Part shown: positions 32,898-42,989 of the stretch, in pieces
How positions within the stretch are numbered: the first letter of the stretch is position 1
Layout of the letters: each line of letters begins with the position of its first letter
Assembly (NCBI GenBank): GCA_045592625.1
Contig: JAZNVC010000001.1
Location: 136,825-200,824, forward strand
Direction: 5' to 3'
Source: Acutalibacteraceae bacterium
Lineage (GTDB): Bacteria; Bacillota; Clostridia; Oscillospirales; Acutalibacteraceae
DNA: 64,000 bases
The notes under the pieces: generated by a model
The model's input: only the letters and a program-made list of their open reading frames with translations
Database searches by the model: none
What the model was told of the DNA's origin: nothing
Program-made: the position numbers and the translations under genes

Positions 32898-33776
32898 ATG
32901 AAGATTATTGATATTATTACAGCAGACAAACCGTCTCTGTCCTTTGAGGTTTTTCCTCCAAAAACTCAGACCAGTTTTGAAAACGTAAAAGCGGCAACCG
33001 AGGAAATAGCAAAACTTCGTCCGTCTTTTATGAGTGTTACCTATGGAGCGGGCGGGGGAACAAGCAATTATACCCTTGATATTGCAAAAAATATAAAGTC
33101 TATTTACGGTGTTCCTACTTTAGAGCACCTTACCTGTGTGTCCTCATCTAAGGATACGGTTAAGCAAAAAATTAAGGAAATAAAATCAGCAGGAATCCAG
33201 AATGTTATGGCGCTTAGGGGAGATATTCCCGAATCCTTACAAAATAGTGACAGAAATTCGTGGGATTATAAATATGCTATCGACCTTGTTTATGAATTAA
33301 AATCGGCTAATCCCGATTTTTGCATAGGCGGTGCCTGTTATCCCGAAATTCACCCCGAAAGCAGTAATCAAAGTGAAGATATAAAATATCTTAAAGAAAA
33401 GGTCGATGCAGGCTGTGATTTCTTAACTACTCAAATGTTTTTCGATAACAATCTGTTTTATAACTTTCTTTATAAAATTAGGGAAGCGGGGATAACCGTT
33501 CCCGTTATTGCGGGTATTATGCCCATTACAAATTCGCTTCAGGTGGATAGAGCCATATCACTTTCCGGTTCCTTTATGCCTCAGCGTTTTAAAAGTATTG
33601 TTGACAAATTCGGTGAAAACCCTGCGGCTATGATGCAGGCAGGTATTGCCTATGCCACCGACCAGATAATCGATTTGTATGCAAACTCAGTAAATGCGGT
33701 GCACGTTTATTCTATGAATAAGCCGTTGGTTGCTAAACAAATTCAGAGCAATCTGAGCGATATATTGGCGTTATGA
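32898..33776 (+). CDS. metF: Methylenetetrahydrofolate reductase
   Basis: 292 aa. It has SFEVFPPKT, SVTYGAGG, ALRGD and FDN..F motifs. Confidence 0.9.
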   Translation: MKIIDIITADKPSLSFEVFPPKTQTSFENVKAATEEIAKLRPSFMSVTYGAGGGTSNYTLDIAKNIKSIYGVPTLEHLTCVSSSKDTVKQKIKEIKSAGIQNVMALRGDIPESLQNSDRNSWDYKYAIDLVYELKSANPDFCIGGACYPEIHPESSNQSEDIKYLKEKVDAGCDFLTTQMFFDNNLFYNFLYKIREAGITVPVIAGIMPITNSLQVDRAISLSGSFMPQRFKSIVDKFGENPAAMMQAGIAYATDQIIDLYANSVNAVHVYSMNKPLVAKQIQSNLSDILAL

Positions 33777-34345
33777 GCAAAATAATTGTAAAAACCTTCT
33801 CTGCACCGCCAATAAGTAAAAAAGAAATACTCAGATACGCAAAAACCCAGACCCCCACAGCCGAAATTTTAAGGCTTTTGGACGAGTCTTTAAAGGAATG
33901 TGAAAGGGTAGCAGAATATAAGGTTTGTTATACTGTTTTTCCTACTGAAAATTGCCAATTTTTGTCAGAAAGCAAGGATTTAAGCAAAAATCTTTGTTCC
34001 TGCAAGTCGGTATGTATTTTTGCTGCTACGCTGGGGGTTGGCGTTGACCGCCTTATAAACAAATACAGCCGTATTTCTCCTGCAAAGGCGGTAATGATTG
34101 ATGCAATTTTCAGCGAAAGAATCGAAGGGCTTTGTGATGAATTTGCAAAGAGTTTTGGTGTTAAAACCACACCTCGTTTCAGTGCAGGTTACGGCGATTT
34201 AAAACTGGAAAAACAAAAAGAAATATTTGATTTGCTCAGTCCTCAAAAAAATATAGGGCTGACTTTAAATGAGAGCCTTACTATGTCACCTTCAAAATCA
34301 GTGACGGCATTTATGGGCTTAAAGGATGTGCAGTATGAATTTTAG
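33773..34345 (+). CDS. Stand-alone methionine-synthase activation (AdoMet-binding)-like domain protein
   Basis: 190 aa. It has ..PRFSAGYGDL....Q..IF.LL and LNES..M.P.KSVTA motifs. The start overlaps the metF stop. Confidence 0.7.
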   Translation: MSKIIVKTFSAPPISKKEILRYAKTQTPTAEILRLLDESLKECERVAEYKVCYTVFPTENCQFLSESKDLSKNLCSCKSVCIFAATLGVGVDRLINKYSRISPAKAVMIDAIFSERIEGLCDEFAKSFGVKTTPRFSAGYGDLKLEKQKEIFDLLSPQKNIGLTLNESLTMSPSKSVTAFMGLKDVQYEF

Positions 34346-36701
34346 GGAGTTTATAAAGGAAAAAGTAGTGCTGTTTGACGGCTCTATGGGTACTCTTTTA
34401 CAGCAAAAGGGATTAAAGGCAGGTTGTTTGCCTGAAGAATGGAACCTTACCAAAAGTGAAGAAATAATAGAAATACATACTGCCTATTTTAATGCGGGAA
34501 GTAATGTTGTTACCACTAATACCTTTGGTGCGAACTGTCTTAAGTTTGATGAAGAGAAACTTGAAAAGATTATAAAAAGTGCCATAGAAAATGCCAAAAA
34601 AGCCGCACTTTTAAGCCAAAATAAAGGCGAAAAATTTGTCGCTCTTGATATAGGCCCTACCGGTAGGCTTTTAAAACCTCTCGGCGACCTTGATTTTGAA
34701 AAAGCAATAGAGATTTTCGCTAAAACCGTAAAACTGGGTGATAAATACGGTGCCGACCTTATATTAATAGAAACTATGAATGATAGTTTTGAAACCAAAG
34801 CGGCGGTAATTGCCTGTAAAGAAAACAGTTCTTTGCCTATTGTTGTTACCAATGCTTACGGTGAGGATTCAAAGCTTATGACGGGTGCCTCGGCAGAAAC
34901 CATGGCGGTAATGCTGTCCTCCCTTGGTGTTGATATGCTGGGTGCAAACTGTTCGCTGGGTCCAAAGGAACTTGCCGGTGTAGTTGAAAAACTTTTGGAA
35001 TATTCAGGTGTTCCGGTTGTTTTTCAGCCTAATGCAGGGCTTCCCGTAATTAAGGACTCAAAAACAGTTTTTAACATAGAAAGCGAAGAATTTGCCGAGA
35101 ATGTAACGGCTCTTATAGATAAAGGCGTTCGAGGAATCGGCGGTTGCTGCGGAACTACCCCTGAATATATCTGTAAGTTAAAAGAAAAAAGCAAAAATAA
35201 AAAACCCTTACCTGTAACAAATAAAAATTATACTGCCGTAACGTCATATACTAGTACTGTATTTTTCGGCAAAAGCCCTGTGCTTATAGGGGAGAGAATT
35301 AACCCTACAGGCAAAAAAAGATTCAAGGAAGCCCTTAAAAGCGGTGATATAGATTATATTTTAAACGAGGGTGTGCTACAGCAGGAAAAGGGAGTGCATA
35401 TCCTTGACGTAAATGTGGGGCTTCCCGAAATTGACGAGGAAAAAATGCTGTCCTTAGCCGTTAAGGAACTTCAGGCGGTAACCGATTTGCCCTTGCAGAT
35501 TGATACATCCCACCCCAAAGCCTTAGAATCGGCGCTTAGAATTTATAACGGAAAACCCCTTATAAATTCTGTTAACGGCAAAAAAGAAAGTATGGATACA
35601 GTCTTTCCTCTTGTAAAAAAATACGGCGGCACGGTTATTGCCCTTACTCTTGATGAAAACGGCATACCCAAAACTGCTGAGGAAAGGGTAAAAATTGCCC
35701 AAAAAATATTAAAAGAAGCAAAAAAATACGGTATTGATAAATCGGATATAGTTTTTGACACACTTGCTCTGACGGTAAGTGCGGAAAATGATGCCGCTAT
35801 AGAGACCCTAAAGGCATTAAAAACCATAAAGGAAAATCTGGGCTGTCATACCTGCCTCGGTGTTTCAAACATTTCATTCGGACTGCCTAACCGTGATATA
35901 ATTAACAGTGCATTTTTTGCTCTTGCACTTGAAAACGGGCTGAGTGCGGCAATAATGAATCCTTTTTCCGAAATGATGATGAACACATATTATGCCGTAA
36001 GCGTTCTTAAAGGACAGGATGAAAACTGCACGGATTATATTAAAAACTGCGGGGGAATCGGTGAATTAAATTCAAAAACCGAAAGCAGTGAAATAACCCT
36101 TGAAAATGCGATAATCAAGGGTTTTAAAGATAAAGCGGGAGAAATCACAAAGGAACTTTTAAAAAGCGAAAATCCCCTTGATATAGTAAACCTGAAAATT
36201 ATTCCTGCCCTTAACCAAGTGGGCAAGGCGTATGAAGAAAAACGCACATATCTACCCTCGCTTTTAATAAGTGCCGAAGCCGCTAAATCGGCTTTCGAGG
36301 TAATAAAATCCTGCTTTTCGGGCGAAAACACCGCTAAAAAAGGCAAAATAGTTATTGCTACGGTTAAGGGAGACATACATGATATAGGCAAAAATATTTT
36401 AAAATTGCTTCTTGAAAACTATGGCTTTACCGTAATAGATTTAGGAAAAGACGTTGCACCCGAAACGGTCCTTGAAGCAGTTATAAGGGAAGACGCTAAA
36501 ATCGTTGGACTTTCTGCTCTAATGACTACAACAGTACCCTTTATGGAGCAAACGGTAAATATTATTCACCAAAATGTAAAGGACTGTGTTGTTATGGTGG
36601 GCGGTGCAGTGCTGACACAGGAATATGCCGATAAAATCGGTGCCGACAAATATGCTAAAGACGCCTTAGAGGGCGTCCGCTATGCAGAAAGTATATTATA
36701 A
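34335..36701 (+). CDS. metH: Cobalamin-dependent methionine synthase core (Hcy-binding, pterin-binding and B12-binding modules; no activation domain)
   Basis: I prefer the ATG at 34335 (RBS AAAGGA). Motifs: FDGSMGT, GGCCGTTP, a pterin-binding barrel (INPTGKK, NISFGLP) and the B12 motif GDIHDIGKN. Confidence 0.9.
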   Translation: MNFREFIKEKVVLFDGSMGTLLQQKGLKAGCLPEEWNLTKSEEIIEIHTAYFNAGSNVVTTNTFGANCLKFDEEKLEKIIKSAIENAKKAALLSQNKGEKFVALDIGPTGRLLKPLGDLDFEKAIEIFAKTVKLGDKYGADLILIETMNDSFETKAAVIACKENSSLPIVVTNAYGEDSKLMTGASAETMAVMLSSLGVDMLGANCSLGPKELAGVVEKLLEYSGVPVVFQPNAGLPVIKDSKTVFNIESEEFAENVTALIDKGVRGIGGCCGTTPEYICKLKEKSKNKKPLPVTNKNYTAVTSYTSTVFFGKSPVLIGERINPTGKKRFKEALKSGDIDYILNEGVLQQEKGVHILDVNVGLPEIDEEKMLSLAVKELQAVTDLPLQIDTSHPKALESALRIYNGKPLINSVNGKKESMDTVFPLVKKYGGTVIALTLDENGIPKTAEERVKIAQKILKEAKKYGIDKSDIVFDTLALTVSAENDAAIETLKALKTIKENLGCHTCLGVSNISFGLPNRDIINSAFFALALENGLSAAIMNPFSEMMMNTYYAVSVLKGQDENCTDYIKNCGGIGELNSKTESSEITLENAIIKGFKDKAGEITKELLKSENPLDIVNLKIIPALNQVGKAYEEKRTYLPSLLISAEAAKSAFEVIKSCFSGENTAKKGKIVIATVKGDIHDIGKNILKLLLENYGFTVIDLGKDVAPETVLEAVIREDAKIVGLSALMTTTVPFMEQTVNIIHQNVKDCVVMVGGAVLTQEYADKIGADKYAKDALEGVRYAESIL

Positions 36702-36729
36702 AAAACAGGAGTCAACGACTCCTGTTTTT
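36701..36729. terminator. Bidirectional terminator
   Basis: aaaaaacaggagtc-aac-gactcctgttttt. Confidence 0.8.
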
Positions 36730-38167
36730 AGCATTTATTTATAAGTCTTATATAAAATTCCACCGATTTATGAATTGTCTCGATTCTTATTCTTTCATTA
36801 TTGCCGTGAATGGTGGCACGTTCTTCACTTGTTAAATCCATAGCGGAAAAGCGGTAAACGTGACTAGAAAATCCGTTATAGTGACGGCTGTCGGAACACT
36901 GAACCATCAGATAGGGAGATACTATACAGCCCTTCCAGGTAGATGCAACGGCAGAAGAAATTCTATCCCATTGTTCACAGTCTGTTTCGGAAATGGTGCT
37001 TGGCTCTGTTCCCGAAAGCATATTAACCTCAACATTTTCTTTCTTGGTAATATTTTTTAAATAATCGAGAACCGAGGCAGTACTGTCCTCAGGATTAAGA
37101 CGCATATTAGAAACAATTTCTGCATACGGCGGGATAACGTTTGGGGCACTGCTGCCCGTACTTTGAGTAAAGGCGGTAGTAGTACGAAGAAGTGCGTTCA
37201 TTTCTCCGCCGCCTTTTTTTGCAATAGAGTTAAGCACTCCCGCAAAAAGCCATAAATTAGCAAAAATCATTCTGTAAAGGAAATTGCTGTGTCTGCCTAA
37301 AGTATCGAACATTTCTTTTACAGGCTTGGTGATATGCATTTTAAGGGGATTTTTTTCCACCTTTAGTATAGCACGGCTAAGTCTTATAAGAGGGGTGTTG
37401 GGTTTTGGAGCAGATGCGTGACCGCCCATAGAAATTGCTTTGTAACTAACGTTCATCATGCCCTTTTCGGCAATGCCGATAAGACCGCAGCTTCCTTTAA
37501 CGCCGGGGAAAACGTTTGTTACCACTGCACCGCCCTCGTCAACTACCATATTAGGCTGAATGTTATGTTCCTTGAAGTAGTTAACTATATTTACAGCACC
37601 GTTGCCATTTATCTCCTCACCGCCCGAAAAGGCAAAATAAATATCGTTTTCGGGAACAAATCCCTTTTCTATAAGGGTGTCTGCGGCAAAAAGCGAAGCG
37701 TTTAAGGTTACCTTTGTGTCAAGTGTACCTCTGCCCCACAGTACGCCGTCTTCAATAATACCTTCAAAGGCGGGTTTTTCCCAATGGCATTCATCGGCAT
37801 CTACAACGTCGTAGTGTGACATTAAAACGGTAGGAAGTTTTGAACTTATGCCCTTCCAATGAATTAAAATTCCCCTGTCGTTAAGCTCTGTTACCGAACA
37901 AACCGAAAAAACGTTTTTATAAAGTGAAGGCAGACTACTAAGTAACCCTTCAAATTGGCTTTCATCTTCTTTTTCCCTTTCGGAAAAGGAAACGGTTTTG
38001 AATTTTACAAGAGCTTTTAAATCTTCTACCGCTTTTTCTTTATCAAAGTCAACCTGAGTATTTTCTGCCGAAATGTTGTTTTTGGGGGTAAATAGCAGAG
38101 TGCGGATAATGATAACACCCAGAAAAATTATAACTAAAGCCAATAAAGCGTAAAGAACAATATCCAA
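36728..38167 (-). CDS. M20-family metallopeptidase/deacylase with an N-terminal membrane anchor
   Basis: 479 aa. N-terminal TM segment, then LMSHYDVV, RGTLD.K, GGEE and DEGG motifs. Confidence 0.8.
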   Translation of the reverse strand: MDIVLYALLALVIIFLGVIIIRTLLFTPKNNISAENTQVDFDKEKAVEDLKALVKFKTVSFSEREKEDESQFEGLLSSLPSLYKNVFSVCSVTELNDRGILIHWKGISSKLPTVLMSHYDVVDADECHWEKPAFEGIIEDGVLWGRGTLDTKVTLNASLFAADTLIEKGFVPENDIYFAFSGGEEINGNGAVNIVNYFKEHNIQPNMVVDEGGAVVTNVFPGVKGSCGLIGIAEKGMMNVSYKAISMGGHASAPKPNTPLIRLSRAILKVEKNPLKMHITKPVKEMFDTLGRHSNFLYRMIFANLWLFAGVLNSIAKKGGGEMNALLRTTTAFTQSTGSSAPNVIPPYAEIVSNMRLNPEDSTASVLDYLKNITKKENVEVNMLSGTEPSTISETDCEQWDRISSAVASTWKGCIVSPYLMVQCSDSRHYNGFSSHVYRFSAMDLTSEERATIHGNNERIRIETIHKSVEFYIRLINKC

Positions 38168-38848
38168 TTAAATCATTCCTTTTTTATACATTATTCTGGA
38201 AACGATTACCGTAAAGATAACTCCTACGGGTACCATAATTCCTACCGTTCCTTCGTTAAGGGCGGGAACGAATATGAAAAGTCCTAACATAAGGATAATG
38301 GGAGCAATGCTGAGTTTGAAATTTTTAGAAATAAATACAACAGCAAGACCGCCAAACAGGGCAGGAAGTATCTGGTCAAAGGCAGGTTGTAAAATGGGAG
38401 AACTTAAAAATGCCCCTATCGGTTCTACTGTAATAAGAAGTATTACGCCAATAATAATTATAAGGGTGGTAACAATGCTTGAAACTGCAATAGAAATGGT
38501 GGAAATGATTTCACCCTCCTCGCTGGTTGCCTTAACATCAGCCTTTTCCATAGCATCAACGGCAACAGGAAGTTTCAGGTTTGAAATATTTCCCGTAACA
38601 AAGGAAAGATAAGCACCTCCTGCTCCCAGCATGGGAACGTAGGTGAATATTTCAACAATTCCCACAGCCCAGTACATAGGAAGGACTGCCAGTAATGCTT
38701 TAAAAAAGGAATCCCACTTGGGAAGAACGCCGTAAATAAGACAGAGGGCGGTGGGGAAAAGAAATATAAGCACCAAAAGTGTGAATCCCCAAATTTTACC
38801 GTCACGATGAACGCTTTCAAGATAGGTTAACTTAGTTTTTTCTTTCAT
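38168..38848 (-). CDS. Hypothetical polytopic membrane protein
   Basis: 226 aa with at least 5 predicted TM segments. It abuts the M20 gene with no gap. Confidence 0.6.
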   Translation of the reverse strand: MKEKTKLTYLESVHRDGKIWGFTLLVLIFLFPTALCLIYGVLPKWDSFFKALLAVLPMYWAVGIVEIFTYVPMLGAGGAYLSFVTGNISNLKLPVAVDAMEKADVKATSEEGEIISTISIAVSSIVTTLIIIIGVILLITVEPIGAFLSSPILQPAFDQILPALFGGLAVVFISKNFKLSIAPIILMLGLFIFVPALNEGTVGIMVPVGVIFTVIVSRIMYKKGMI

Positions 38849-38861
38849 TTTTCAGCCCTCC

Positions 38862-39668
38862 TTAAGATAACCAAGCGGTAAAGGGTATAGCCGATGCCAT
38901 TCCACCGATAAGGGAAATGGGCAGAGCATAGTCATTCATCCAACGCTGATGAAATACCTTTGCTACTGCACCGCAAACAGCCATAATAACTGCCGAGGTC
39001 AGCATTACGAAAACGGGAATAAGACCCGAAGTGGCGGAATATTCGGTTATATTTTCAAGATAGGTGCCGTCGTCTTGCAAGATTTTTTCGGTGACGATAC
39101 GGGCTCCACCATCCCAAAGACGTGAAACGTGAGAAAATACAAACCCTAAAAATGCAGAAATCATACCTAAAAACATTGCGTTATTAAAGATTTCTGCCCA
39201 TTTCTTATCCTTCATACCGATTTTATTCATACCGCTCTGTATTCTTTTGGTAAGAAGGGGAGCCAGAATAAGACCGATTAAAATTCCAAGAGTCATAACC
39301 CAGACAACCGTAACAAATGCAGAGGGATTATTTATTTCCTGTCCAAGACCCTGTCCCAGTTCGCTGACTGCTCTTTCAGCGGCAATGGTTTCATAGGAAA
39401 GTGAACCTATTACCGACAGTCTGAGCCAGGGAAGAGCAATACCAAGACTTTTGGAAAGGGTAACTATACCTACGAGAATGGAGACCGCAGGGGCAATAGT
39501 GGAAATTGCCGAGCCGGTTATAGTCTTTTTGATTCGGGTCATATCCATACCCTTTTCTTTAGCACGTTTAAGGGCTCTTATAAGGAAAAATGCCGATTGA
39601 CCGAGTACTGCTAAAATAATAACGCCAACAAGAATAAAAATGATGGGATTGTTAACATTAAAGCTCAT
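38862..39668 (-). CDS. Hypothetical polytopic membrane protein
   Basis: I chose the start MSFNVNNPIIF at 39668 (RBS GAGAGG), which overlaps the upstream stop (ATGA). Multi-span protein. Confidence 0.6.
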   Translation of the reverse strand: MSFNVNNPIIFILVGVIILAVLGQSAFFLIRALKRAKEKGMDMTRIKKTITGSAISTIAPAVSILVGIVTLSKSLGIALPWLRLSVIGSLSYETIAAERAVSELGQGLGQEINNPSAFVTVVWVMTLGILIGLILAPLLTKRIQSGMNKIGMKDKKWAEIFNNAMFLGMISAFLGFVFSHVSRLWDGGARIVTEKILQDDGTYLENITEYSATSGLIPVFVMLTSAVIMAVCGAVAKVFHQRWMNDYALPISLIGGMASAIPFTAWLS

Positions 39669-40456
39669 TTTTTCGTTTCCTCTCTTTTTTCTTTTAAAAT
39701 ATTGTAGGTTATCGGTAGTATAAAAAGGCATAGGGCTATGCCATCATAGTCAATGGGAATGTCACCGTGGACAAAGGTATTGCCAAGAGAAAAATATACT
39801 ATAAGTCTGCTTACTACACTTGTAAAGGTGAGTATAAAGGTTATAATGCTTACGGGTAAAAAGAACTTTAATGTGCGGTTTGTGGGATATCCTGCACAAA
39901 TTCTTAAAAACATCAGCATAAATACAAGAAGTATGCAACGGTAAGCAAGGGAAAAAACGTGTTCGGATACAAGAGCCGAAGCACTGAATGACGTGAAAAC
40001 AAGAACAAGTCTCATTAAATAGTAAAACATTGGAATAACGTTTGCTATGGATGGGATTTTCAAATCAGTAAATGCAGAAAGACCAAAGAAGGTAAACCAA
40101 ATTCCCGTAAGAAACGAGAAAAACAGGGTTAAGTTATTTTGCCAAGCAATAATAGCAGAGGTATTAAAGAGTGCGGGATAAAGCAGTGTTACTATACCGC
40201 AGATAACCGAAAGTACGCCCGAAATCTTATTCAATTTGAAGTCGGCAGATGCTTTTTTATCTGCAAAAAATGCAAAAACGAAAGCAATTACAGTCAAAAT
40301 AAAAATAGTTACACTTAAAAATACGCCAAAAAAAGCAAGACGGGCAATAAAAAATCCTGTGGTGTCTTGGGTGGTATAAAATACGGTTGCTATTCTTATG
40401 GCGGTGCATATTATCGCTATGCAAACCGAAAAAATAAATAGGTTCTTAGTTTTCAT
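39665..40456 (-). CDS. Hypothetical polytopic membrane protein
   Basis: 263 aa with about 8 TM segments. It is the first gene of a four-gene minus-strand operon. Confidence 0.6.
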   Translation of the reverse strand: MKTKNLFIFSVCIAIICTAIRIATVFYTTQDTTGFFIARLAFFGVFLSVTIFILTVIAFVFAFFADKKASADFKLNKISGVLSVICGIVTLLYPALFNTSAIIAWQNNLTLFFSFLTGIWFTFFGLSAFTDLKIPSIANVIPMFYYLMRLVLVFTSFSASALVSEHVFSLAYRCILLVFMLMFLRICAGYPTNRTLKFFLPVSIITFILTFTSVVSRLIVYFSLGNTFVHGDIPIDYDGIALCLFILPITYNILKEKREETKK

Positions 40457-40516
40457 AATAATTTACTCCCGTGGTTCATATATTGTATAGTAAACTATGT
40501 TTAAAGGATGAAGTAT

Positions 40517-41449
40517 ATGAAAAGTATTTACGGATGGATAAGCCTTTTTCTTGCGGTTGTTTTCCTGATATTCCCTTTAATTTCATTAAAAAGCGAAAGC
40601 ACGGCAGTCAGCGTATCGGGGGATACTACAGGTGAAGAAATTACCTTTCGCCTTAAGGACAAGGATTCGGGAGCAATAACCACCATATCGGCAAGAGATT
40701 ATATTTTAGGGGTGGTATCGGCAGAAATGCCTGCTTCCTATCATATTGAAGCCCTTAAAGCACAAACAGTAGCCGCCTATACCTTTGCTTTGTGGCGTAA
40801 AAACGAAAACAAAAAAGAGGATTTCGACATAACAAGCGATTCTAATTTAGACCAAGCCTATATTGACAAAGACGGCAGGGCTAAAAAATGGGGTGAAAAT
40901 GAGGCGGAATATACCGAAAAAATACTTTCTGCCATAGACTCGGTTCTTGGCCAGACGGTAAATTATGACGGCAAAATTGCCTTAACACTTTATACGGCTA
41001 TTTCCGGGGGTAAGACCGAAAATGTTAAAAATCTTTGGGGAAAAGAATATTCTTATCTTACTCCCGTTGAAAGCGTGGGGGATTTGCTCAGCCCAAACTA
41101 TTTAACCACCGCTGATTTCACAAAAGAACAGTTAGAGGAAAAAATCGAAGGAATAAGCGATGTTAATGTTTCTAAATGGTTTTCTTCTCCCGTTTACAGC
41201 GACAGCGGAACCCTGCTTACCGTTAAATTCGGGGATAAAACCTTTACGGGCAAACAAATACGAAGTGCCCTTAATCTTCGCAGTGCAAATTTTGACGTAA
41301 CCGTAAAGGATAACCTATTTACCTTTACGGTAAGGGGTTATGGTCATCTTGTGGGTATGAGTCAATACGGTGCTAACTATATGGCACAGCAGGGAAGCGA
41401 CTATAAAGAAATACTCAAATGGTATTATAAAGGAACAGAGGTAGTTTAA
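40517..41449 (+). CDS. spoIID: Stage II sporulation protein D (SpoIID/LytB-domain lytic transglycosylase)
   Basis: Motifs YI.GVV.AEMP....EALKAQ.VAA.TFA and GHLVGMSQYGAN.MA. I prefer the ATG at 40517 (RBS AAGGA). Confidence 0.85.
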   Translation: MKSIYGWISLFLAVVFLIFPLISLKSESTAVSVSGDTTGEEITFRLKDKDSGAITTISARDYILGVVSAEMPASYHIEALKAQTVAAYTFALWRKNENKKEDFDITSDSNLDQAYIDKDGRAKKWGENEAEYTEKILSAIDSVLGQTVNYDGKIALTLYTAISGGKTENVKNLWGKEYSYLTPVESVGDLLSPNYLTTADFTKEQLEEKIEGISDVNVSKWFSSPVYSDSGTLLTVKFGDKTFTGKQIRSALNLRSANFDVTVKDNLFTFTVRGYGHLVGMSQYGANYMAQQGSDYKEILKWYYKGTEVV

Positions 41450-41514
41450 CTATGCTTCTTATAAAAATAATAAGAGTATTTTTCCCTATTAAACCAATTT
41501 TATTTAACAGACAG

Positions 41515-42351
41515 TTATTCAAGTACCTTAAACAGTTCGGGTAAAGCCGACTCAAAGTTTACGCCGTACTCTCTTTCGGGGTTTTCTTCCAGGGTTTTTT
41601 CTATGGATTCACGGGTGAAGTTAACCGCTATCTGCACCGCCGCCTGTAATGAACGGTCGTTTAAAATGGCACCTATCATAGCACTTGCAAAAACATCGCC
41701 TGTTCCGTGATAAATAGCGTCAATCTTTCTTGTTAAAGCGTAGCGGATTTCGCCGTTTTCACAAATGGCGGCACCAATACGTCTGTCGTCAAAGCATACA
41801 CCGGTCAGCACAACATCTGCACCAGTAAGGTCATAGGTGCGTTTAATTAATTTTTCTATATATTCCTCGGTGTAAGGCGGTTCAAGATATTCCATACCAG
41901 TAAGCAGAGCAGCCTCGGTTATGTTAGGAACTATAATATCTGCAGTCTGACAAAGGGAAAGCATGGCAAGAGGAAAATCGTCATCAAAGCCTTTATAAAG
42001 TTTTCCGAAATCTGCCATAGCAGGATCAACAACAATCATACTTTGCTGGGTACGAAGCATTTCAATGGTGCGTTTAACAATATCCGCCTGATCCTTAGAG
42101 CCTAAATAACCGCTGTAGAAAATGTCTGAGGTAATACCTTCCTTTCTCCAGTGGGCTGCTACAGGCAAAATATCTTCCGTAAGGTCGCGGAAGGTATAAC
42201 CCGAAAAGCCGCCTGTGTGGGTAGAAAGCACGGCGGTAGGAATTACGGCACATTCAGCACCGCAGGCAGATAGAATGGGCAGAGCCACTGTAAGTGAACA
42301 TTTTCCGAAACAGGAAATATCGTGAATGGCTACTACTCTTTTTTGGGACAT
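41515..42351 (-). CDS. pdxK: Pyridoxal/pyridoxamine kinase
   Basis: I chose the start MSQKRVVAIHDIS (RBS AAGGTG). Ribokinase-like fold with the C-terminal GTGD.F anion hole. Confidence 0.8.
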   Translation of the reverse strand: MSQKRVVAIHDISCFGKCSLTVALPILSACGAECAVIPTAVLSTHTGGFSGYTFRDLTEDILPVAAHWRKEGITSDIFYSGYLGSKDQADIVKRTIEMLRTQQSMIVVDPAMADFGKLYKGFDDDFPLAMLSLCQTADIIVPNITEAALLTGMEYLEPPYTEEYIEKLIKRTYDLTGADVVLTGVCFDDRRIGAAICENGEIRYALTRKIDAIYHGTGDVFASAMIGAILNDRSLQAAVQIAVNFTRESIEKTLEENPEREYGVNFESALPELFKVLE

Positions 42352-42356
42352 ATTTT

Positions 42357-42989
42357 TTACACCTTCTTGGGACAAAATTCGTTTAATACACAGTTTTCAC
42401 AAAAAGCACGACGGGCTGTGCAGACCTTTCTGCCGTGAAGTACACACCTGTGACAAAAATCATTTGATTTATCACTTGGCAGGATTTTTTGCATATTAAT
42501 TTCTGCTTTATATGGGTCTTTTGTGTCTATAAAACCCAGTCTGTTGCAAAGTCTTATAAAATGAGTGTCTGCAACCACTGCGGGTTTTTTATAAATATCT
42601 CCGCAAATAAGATTTGCAGTTTTTCTTCCCACTCCGGGAAGTTTTGTCAGTTCTTCGATGCTGTCAGGAATTTCACCGCCGAATTCTTCACATAGCATTT
42701 TGCCTATTCCTATAAGGCTTTTAGCCTTGCTCTTATATAGACCGCAGGTTTTAATAAGTTCTTCAACCTGGCTTAAAGATGCATTTGCTAAAGCGAAACA
42801 GTCGGGGAAACGCTTGAAAAGGGCAGGGGTTACAATATTTACCCTTGCATCTGTGCACTGAGCCGAAAGCCGTGTGGCAATTAAAAGTTCAAAGGCGTTT
42901 TTATAGTTCAGCGAACAAATGGCATCGGGATATTCCTTTTCAAAGGCTTCAATGCATAAAGCAGCACGTTCTTTTTTAGTCATTGGCAT
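42357..42989 (-). CDS. nth: Endonuclease III
   Basis: 210 aa. HhH-GPD motif LPGVGRKTAN, and the 4Fe-4S cluster loop C-x6-C-x2-C-x5-C at the C-terminus. Confidence 0.92.
   Translation of the reverse strand: MPMTKKERAALCIEAFEKEYPDAICSLNYKNAFELLIATRLSAQCTDARVNIVTPALFKRFPDCFALANASLSQVEELIKTCGLYKSKAKSLIGIGKMLCEEFGGEIPDSIEELTKLPGVGRKTANLICGDIYKKPAVVADTHFIRLCNRLGFIDTKDPYKAEINMQKILPSDKSNDFCHRCVLHGRKVCTARRAFCENCVLNEFCPKKV

Noticed and set aside
40451-40490. A possible sigma-E-type sporulation promoter (ATAATT..13 nt..CATATA) in front of spoIID.
   Set aside because: It is plausible given the gene, but the match to my remembered consensus is loose and it overlaps the start of the divergent gene. That is not strong enough to list as a feature.
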